This document shows, in pieces, positions 52,801-61,800 of a DNA stretch of 64,000 nt. The notes under the pieces were generated by a model. It had not been told where the DNA came from and searched no databases. It was given only the letters and a program-made list of their open reading frames with translations. Both the position numbers and the translations under genes were made by a program. The stretch's first letter is position 1. The number at the start of each line of letters is the position of its first letter. Source of the DNA: Balanoglossus misakiensis (Eukaryota; Animalia; Hemichordata); NCBI GenBank assembly GCA_040954595.2, contig CM082587.2, positions 124,001-188,000 of the forward strand, in the 5' to 3' direction.

Positions 52801-55800
52801 GTTAGAGTTGTGAATTGCACTTCCCTTTTCGATTTGGTGTTAACAATATGAATTTGATCATTTTCAGGGAGAGGCTGGTGTTGACGGTAGGGATGGAGAG
52901 CGCGGTTTTCCTGGTGCCCCTGGTCCGACTCTGTTGATACCGGTGTGTAATTGGTCCATATTGTCTCTATTAAGCGTGATGACAACGATATCAACGCCGC
53001 TTCCAGTTGTTTTCCAGACATGAATTACACAGACAGATGTGTGCTGGAGTGTTAGTCTGTCGATGATTGAGTCAGCCAGTTAGTCAGTTGATGGGTGGAT
53101 GAGTGGTTGGGTCTATGGATGTTTGAGTGGGTGAGTTGTGTGGGGTCTGGGTGAAAGTGACTCGTAATTGCTATTTGACATTCACAATTGTCTTCTGTAA
53201 CTTTTAGAGTATGATCACAACGGGTGACGGTGATGTCAAGGGACCTGACAATGCTGCCATGGCAGCGTTTACCAATCTACTCGAAACACAAAGGGTGAGT
53301 CGTGGTGACTCGTGCCACAAAATTCAGCCATCTCATGTCCAGCACTGGCAAACGAAAATGCTAACACAGAATGTTTGAAAAGAGTATTAAACAGTTACTG
53401 TGCAATATAATAAATAGCTTTTAGAATCGACACATTGATTCGTAACTAAGTAATAACACATTTTTGTGATTTAATCGAAATTTGCACACAAATTGGAAGA
53501 TCTTAGTAAAAATGTTTGCGACAGGGACATGACATCTCCTTAACGCATGCGCATAATTGACATCGTTTATTTTTTCCATCAGAGTGCCCTGCAAGGTCCT
53601 TCTGGTCCAATGGGATTAAGTGGCAAGACCGGCCCAATAGTAAGTTCATTGAGTTTATTTTCACATTTACATTTCAAATATCTCTCTCTTTCTCCCTCTC
53701 TCAGTGGGTTAAGCAAACACAAGTGAATGCTCGATAAAAACCTTCGGAAGTTTCTTCGCGTTATTTCACCAAATATTATGTCAGAATAATGCCATAACAA
53801 CTACTTTAGTACATAATATTAGTTCAATACCAGTCCAATCCGTGTTTTATTCGCTTCAAACATGGCCAAAAGGAGAAAAACAGATTGTGATTGACCTAAC
53901 TTCAATCTGATAAGGTGACCTTTTATCAACCTTCCTTTACAGGGTTACCCAGGTCCCCTGGGAATAAAAGGTGAAGATGGAGACCTTGGTCCAATGGGAC
54001 CGCCGGGACCACAGGGTTTCCAAGGTCTGGAAGGCAAAGCTGGAAAACGGGTTGGTATTGAAGTGAATGACCATCTGCTGGAATACGAGGCCTGAATTGA
54101 ACATAGGCTTCCGTTGCAGATTTATACTTAAACGAAAAGAAAAAAAAAGCAGAAATGTCCATTCCGTCAGTCAGTCAGTTAGCCAGTTAGTAAGTCAGTC
54201 ACTACAGTTAAAACGGTTAAGAGACAATCATTTTTTTTCCATTAACTCAATATGAATCAATGAGTTTTGCAAATCTAAATACTCAGTAAAACCTTAAATG
54301 CACATACAACCTCTTTATCAGCTTTATCTAAAAGCAAATGAGTTTATAAAGATTTCAATTGAATTTTTGTCTACGCAAAACTTTCAATATCAACAAGACC
54401 TAACGATAACCAGTGATTGAAATTTCTCTTTTAATAGCAGTCATTTTGTTATTGTTTCAGTTAATAACTTCGAACGTTTTATTCATTGCAGGGTCGCGCA
54501 GGAAAGCCTGGTCTCCGTGGAACTTCGGGAAACATCGGTGCTAAGGTCAGTAGTGTTGCAGGCTATTCATTGTGATGACCAATCGAAATTTGCAAGAAGT
54601 GTACCAGTTTGTTAGTGGTCAGTAGTACATGTACCAGGACAGACACAAAAGTGACATGGCTGATTTTTCCATTTCTCGTTTCAGGGAGACAGAGGTTTTG
54701 ATGGATTACCTGGGCTCCACGGAACGAAAGGAGACAGGGTAAGTATACTGTCTACTCCTTTCCTTGTGAAAAGATTTTAACTGTCTTTACAACTCGACGA
54801 ATACACATACGATTAACAATTCTAGGGAGGTTTAGGTCATAGTGATCCAAACGAGTACAGAAGAAGAACGCCATAGAAAAAAATGGCGAAAATGCTGTCT
54901 GGGGAACAACAATCAATGGAAGATTACGTCACGTGGGTCAATAGTCCATAGCCAATGATTTGTCATAACTATATCGTTGTTTCTTCTACAGGGTCACACA
55001 GGAAGTGCTGGTCCAACAGGTCCCGTTGGAATCCGTGGAGAACCGGTATTAATTTCGAGTTTGAATTTCTTGTTTCTCACATCAACATAGTTTTGCAGTA
55101 TTTTGTCAGTCACTGATCCTCCTTTAATGGAAACTTTCATTCATTTCTAGATAAAACGACTTTATTTTATTTCAGTAAAAGATTAATAGAAAAAAAGTAT
55201 ATCACTTCTCACATCAATCGTATCATGGAACTGACATTTTAACGACAAACTGGACTTGTAAGCGAACCTTGTTTGATGTTATGTTGATAAACTCACACAG
55301 GGTGATGACGGACCAATGGGAAGACCCGGATCGCAGGGGGATTCTGGTCCAAGAGGGTTGCCAGGACAACGCGGTCCACAGGGATTGCAGGGAATGCCGG
55401 TAAATGAATGTGACAATATGGCAAAATGGAAAGTTTGTTAAGGCCAAGTTCATAATTTAGCCTACCTGCACAAGGTATAAGTTTTTGGAACACTAAACAA
55501 GTGATAACGTATGATTGTGAGCATTGACAAAATTCACCAATCTGATACAACTTTGGTACACTATTACTCGTTACATATACTTCTGAAATGTGACACTGAA
55601 GTGGCATAGCATTCGATCTGGGGGAAAAACTTGCAGAAAATGTAATGATGATGGAAGGAAATGGATGGTGTTGTGGTTTCACAGGCGTCGCAGATGTTAT
55701 CATACACTGCACTACGGCATAAGTATGAATTAAGATGATTTCATTTCTCCTTCTGTCATGGTGACGCACAGTCCACACATGTATGAATCTTCAACGTTGC

Positions 55801-58800
55801 AATGCATCTCCTATTTTTCTTGCTGTTCAGGGTATTCCAGGTGGGGAAGGACCGGAAGGAGTTAAGGGCTCGCCGGGTCCCATGGGTAATCCGGGGATGC
55901 CAGGTGCACGAGGATTCCCTGGTCCAGTGGTAAGTCTATAACAATCTCGCTGACTAGGAGAAGTTGGCAATTTTATCAAAAGCTGCTCATGTGTCAATTT
56001 TGGGAAGGTAAATTTAGTAACAACATACACCATCTCCAGCTGAACAATTGCCTAGGGAATGACTTCTATGTTTCAGTTAAGACTAGTTAGCTTTTAAGAA
56101 AAATACACAACAGTATTCCGCCTTTTTGTGTCATTCCAATTCTGTAAACGGCAGAATCTGCCTCTGAATTTAATCTTACACTTATATGTGTTCTTCCTTC
56201 ACATAAAGGGTTCGCATGGGCCGCAAGGAATGATGGGTCAACCTGGAGAACCTGGTACTGAGGGTAAATCAGGACTGCCGGGCATGCCGGGTATAGACGG
56301 ACCGCCGGTAAGTGATGCTACATAGATACTCTGTTGCTAATGTTGACATAAAGATTAATCCTCTGATACCAATGTGAGGTATAGTTGAGCAGATGCAACC
56401 AAACCCTAATATCCGTCACCATGTTCTCGAACTTTTCTGAACACAGGGTCACAACGGTGCTGATGGCCCTACTGGCGAGAAGGGTGAACAAGTAAGTTTA
56501 AAAGTCGTGACATTTTTGTTTCAAAACGATATTTGTAGAAATCACGACAACGCTGATATACGTGGTCATAATAAATGAGTTGAAAGGGAATGTGATTCAT
56601 GTATTGTGAGCCTTAATAAATGGAGTAAATAAATGCCTGTTAGATCGAACGATGGCGGCAAAATGGTTAAAAACGGCCAAAATCACTGTATTTGCTATTT
56701 TCGAGGCCATTTTGTTTCAATGGGCTTTAAATAGAACAAATGTGACGTTACCGACTGTGAATATTCTGTTATCCATTTTTTTTCTTTCAGGGAATACGCG
56801 GACCGCAAGGCCCTCTTGGTTATTCAGGACCACGTGGTGTTAAAGGTGACAGAGGATCCAGAGGTCAATTGGGTGTCAAAGGTCAAAAGGTAGCTAAAGT
56901 CAAATCAAGGACTCTCAGGAAAAGAATTTCTTAATAGGATTTGGAGACTTGTTTTTTTAAAGAAATACATTTGTCGTTTGAAATGCAATTTTGCCTCCAA
57001 TACAGTACGCACCCAGAAATCAAATTGAAATGGCCGAGATTTCCAGATGAATGGCTAAATAATAATTTTGTATTTTCTCGGCTGGGATATTTAGAAAGAA
57101 CAAAAATGTCCCAGGAGTATACTATGTTTATCTTGCGTATTTGGTAACTTTCACTTAAACCCTTACGCGAGGTAGAATTTGTCTAATATGTTGGTATTGT
57201 ATTTTTAATGTCCATACAGGGCTCTGAAGGTTTGCAAGGTTTCAAAGGTGACATGGGACCAAAGGGAAGTCTTGTAAGTACCGATGGGCCTTCATTTAAG
57301 GGGTTCTGTCTATAATGAAAATGAAAAACAGGTCCTCCGTCGAACAATTATTGCTATGGGTTTTTTTTTCAAAGTCTTTAATGACCATTGCATTGACCTG
57401 ATATCATACTACTTAACGCTGTTAATATATTGATTTGATTTACCTTGAAAAGTGTTCATTGGTCATCCATGTGACTATAACGAGATACGGACGAGTTTGA
57501 CATGTAATATTTTATATCAAAATAAGCATGATCAAACCAATATAACAATATCTAATTTTCGATAATTGTACAGACAATAAAGTTCATTCGTATTGTTAAC
57601 ACTAATGCATAATTTTAATTCTATAAGGGTCCTTCTGGAGAACCAGGTGTTAGAGGTCCCGAAGGGAACCTAGGACCAAAGGTAGTTATCTCTCTCTCAT
57701 CAATAGAGTGCAGACAAGTTTGTTCAATAATTAATGCGTAAAGAATTGTTCAATATAGACCGTCTTTTCGGAGATTTGAGATGTTTCGTTGACTCGGAAT
57801 TCTTGATATTTCTTCTTGATATTGTTTCTATCAATAGGGAAATCGAGGAGTTCAGGGAGAATCTGGCGTACAGGGTCCTCAAGGTATCAAGGTTAGTGGT
57901 TTAATTAGTAGCAAGCACGTGGTGTTACTCGCAGTAAATAGTACATGAATCGCTGCATCGCTGCTGTGGAAAGGACAATAGACTGTTAACAATGTTTGTT
58001 TGTTTATTTCGCTTTGTTTTTAAAAAAAATAATGGTTTTCCGAGGGCACATAAGTAATAAATTATTTGGAGAGGAATTATGCAGTAAAATCTTGGTCATC
58101 GTATTGTATTTTCCTCCTTACAGGGAAACATGGGTATGCCAGGCTTGCCCGGTTATCCAGGACGAGTTGGTCAGAAAGTAAGTGTAGTGACGTCACTAGT
58201 GTGGTTTGGTTCTGGAGTTTGGATGATTAGTTAGTTTGCATATCCATCACCGCAAAAGAGTAACGTTTGAATAAATATAACTTCCACTTCTGACAATTTC
58301 TCACTTATAATCAAGCGTCTTTTCCCGTGATTACATTATGTCTTCTAGCCGAAATGTTAATCTCCTGTTTTTCATGATTACGTCACCATGTTTTCTATCG
58401 CAAGGATAAGATTTGGCCTGAGTATACTCCTGTCTCCAATTCGACAAATGAGGTTTAATGTCCCTTCTGCCAATTTAAAAAAGCCGCTACATTTTATCGA
58501 AAACCTGAAATTGTTCTGTATCTGTGCATCATTTAAGTAAAAAATACACATAGCATGCAAACAGAAATCTAGACGTTCACTAGATATATACATACATCAC
58601 CATTTGTGAAATGGTTTCTATTCGCTAGGGTACAACTGGTCCGCTGGGACGAAGAGGTAGGCGTGGTTTGAAAGGTACATTGGTAAGTAATATAATTGGC
58701 AAATTTCCTATGCCCTGCCCCTGTTCATAATTCCATATGAACTCAGATACATTTACTTTCTATTGGGAACTCTGCCAGTGTCTGTATTTAATTGTTCACG

Positions 58801-61800
58801 ATTATATTATTTCCACTTCAACAGGGAAAAGAAGGCATCCTGGGAGATATCGGAGAGCCGGGACCAAGAGGTCAACCAGGTCAACGAGGTCGTAGAGGAA
58901 CCAGAGGCTTGCCTGGACCAAAGGTAAAGAGTTGATAAATTGGCAATATTCGGTCGGATATCATTCCATTTAATTACTTTTTATGAAAATGTAAAATATA
59001 TTATCTCCAGCCATTATATCAAATTATAGATGCTTGTACAATAGAAACGGGTTGTGCGACAGCATGATTTCTTTCAACTCTGTCAAGGTATTCTTCAATC
59101 TAGATTACCCGGACACCATTTCTAGATCCAAAATGAGCCTGCTTAATCCCGCTGTGTGTCTCGAAAACTCAGACTAGTTGTCCCACACAAATAAACCAGG
59201 CCGTGTGGGTTGTGCGTTCCTATTTCTGACGAACATGCAAATAGTAACATCCTGTTTTGTTTTGTCTTTCTTTAATTCACGGATTAGGGGTCAGAAGGTC
59301 AAGAAGGACCAGCAGGCATCCAAGGCGAGATGGTGAGCCATATTTTATTTATGTTGATTGAGACATAAAATGGCAACGAATTAGATAACGAGTTTACGTT
59401 TTCCGCAATAACCAACGAAGATGATGCGATTGTTAAAATCAGCTGTACATAACAGTCGTTCAAAACAAGATTGAAGATACTTAAGAATGATTCTTCCCCA
59501 AAGTGACTCAAATCTGTTCTTAAAGCGCATCACATGACTCATCGATTTATTTTTCTTCTAGGGACAATCAGGTGCTCCCGGAGCCAGAGGATTTGAGGGA
59601 GAAAAGGGACCACCGGTAAGTGATTGGCCAATAGAGCATGTCAATTATGAATCGAGTTGAAGATTGGCCATTCATGTCAAATGAGGACTAGATCTATGAG
59701 TTGCCATGTGGCTGTCTTATTAAGCAGGAGTAGAGGACTCACCGTTATCAAGTCCGATAGTCACAATTGTCGTATCCACAGGTTTTTTGCTGCCATAAAA
59801 AATCGAGTTGTAATAATAGAAGTTTAATATTCTTTTGGTTTATTTTAGGGTCCATCAGGTGTACCTGGGCCAATTGGCCACCCAGGAGAGCGCGGTGATC
59901 CTGTAAGTAAACCGATAATACAACATAATAGGCTGGTGAAGGAAAGCCCGTACTACCAGCCGAACAAGCAAGCAAACAAGCTACGATCATTTTATATGTC
60001 TTTGTTGGTTTAGGAGGAAAGGCCAGTAATAAACGTCCAATTTATGGATCGAATTAGTCTTATTTTCACGACTACTGGTCTGTGTGTTCGCACATGTTAA
60101 AGCCGGGACTTGTAGTAATTTGTTTCTTGCAATCTATTTTTCATACAGGGTTTCGAAGGAAAGGTCGGCCCGCCTGGCCCCGCTGGCGTTATAGGTCCAC
60201 AGGTAGGACAACCGTGAGATTTCATAATTGATGGGTTTATAATTTAATTAAGATCAAACATCGGTCAGAGAGCTGAATGCATTATGGCAATTCTGTGGTG
60301 TGACTTGCGCATGCGGGATTTAGCGAATCATGTTGGCGGCTTCAAGAATCCATCGTGCAACGATGTCAATCTTCGAAATGTTTTAATCTTATTAAGTTAA
60401 CTAACAAAATAACAGAAACACGACTTTTAATGGAACGCTTTCATGAATTTAAATGATGTATTTAATTGTGGAGGAAACATTTATGGCACATGATTGTCCA
60501 ATCAACAGGGACCCATGGGAGAGAAAGGTCCAATGGGTGAGCGAGGACCACCTGGTCCTTCTGGAATGCCAGGTGAAGCTGGTCTGCCCGGAGAAATGGG
60601 TAAAGAAGGAATTCAGGCAAGTGTTAATTTCTAAGCAATATGTTAAAATTTGGCATGAACGTGATGACGTTTTCACAAGTGACAGCGAATTTTAGAAATA
60701 GGTTCGTATTAACAATTGCAGTCAACTGGTCAACTTCAGCAACTTTACTTTTCTGTCATCCGTATCTTATTCGTACAGGAGAAAACAAAGTAAGATATCT
60801 GCAGAATGGAGAACATGTTATCAGAGACAAACACGTGATTATTTTCTCATAAAATTAACCTGTGAATTTGAGATCATCATGTACACTGTTTACGAGCGGC
60901 ATCTTGTTAAATTATACCCCATGTGTTATTTGACTCTGTTTGAGTAGGGTCCACCGGGTCCAGCCGGAAATCAAGGTCCAATTGGTCCGCCCGGAGTGCA
61001 AGGATTCCCGGGAGAACGGGGATTGCCAGGACCGGAGGGCGTTCAAGGTGACAAGGGAGACACTGGACCGGAAGGTGTAGCAGGACCTCAGGTGAACCCG
61101 CTATTATGAGATATAACTATTATACTAAACTAGAAGATGAATATATTAGTGCATACAGACGGATGCAGTGAAGCCAAGCTTGGTTTGTTTCGTGACTGCG
61201 CGGTAGAGTGAAGCGCAGCAATAGACGAATATTTCTTCTCCTGTCAAATCACAATGAAAAATGATAATGTTTGGATGGTTTCATCATCATTCATTTTGTG
61301 TACTTATCAAGCTGCAGTAACCTTCGTTTCTACACAATTTATCGCTACTCTTAATCTGTTTTAGGGATCTCAAGGTCCACCTGGACCACCTGGCGAAAAT
61401 GGACCAATCGGATTGCCGGTAAGACAAACTGAATTAATTAACATGAAGAAAGTGGGATATATTGTGTTACTGTTGGGAAATCTGACTTTGCAGTTGTAGA
61501 GATATACACAGGGATCTACCAAAGTAGATACTAGTTGAAACACGATGAAGTGGAACTACATAAAAAAGATAACTAAAAACATTCGTCGATTGGCGTTCCC
61601 AAGCCGATATATTTTGTAAAATAATAAAATCATAAGACAAAATGCACTTTGTCAGCTGGGCAACCAAGATCAGTTAATCTGTAAACATTAAATTACATAA
61701 TAATTCTTGACTTTTACTCTTGCATAAATGTAGACTCTTTCAAAATTATGACTTATATATTATTAATTTATCTGCACAGGGTCAACCAGGACCAGTCGGA

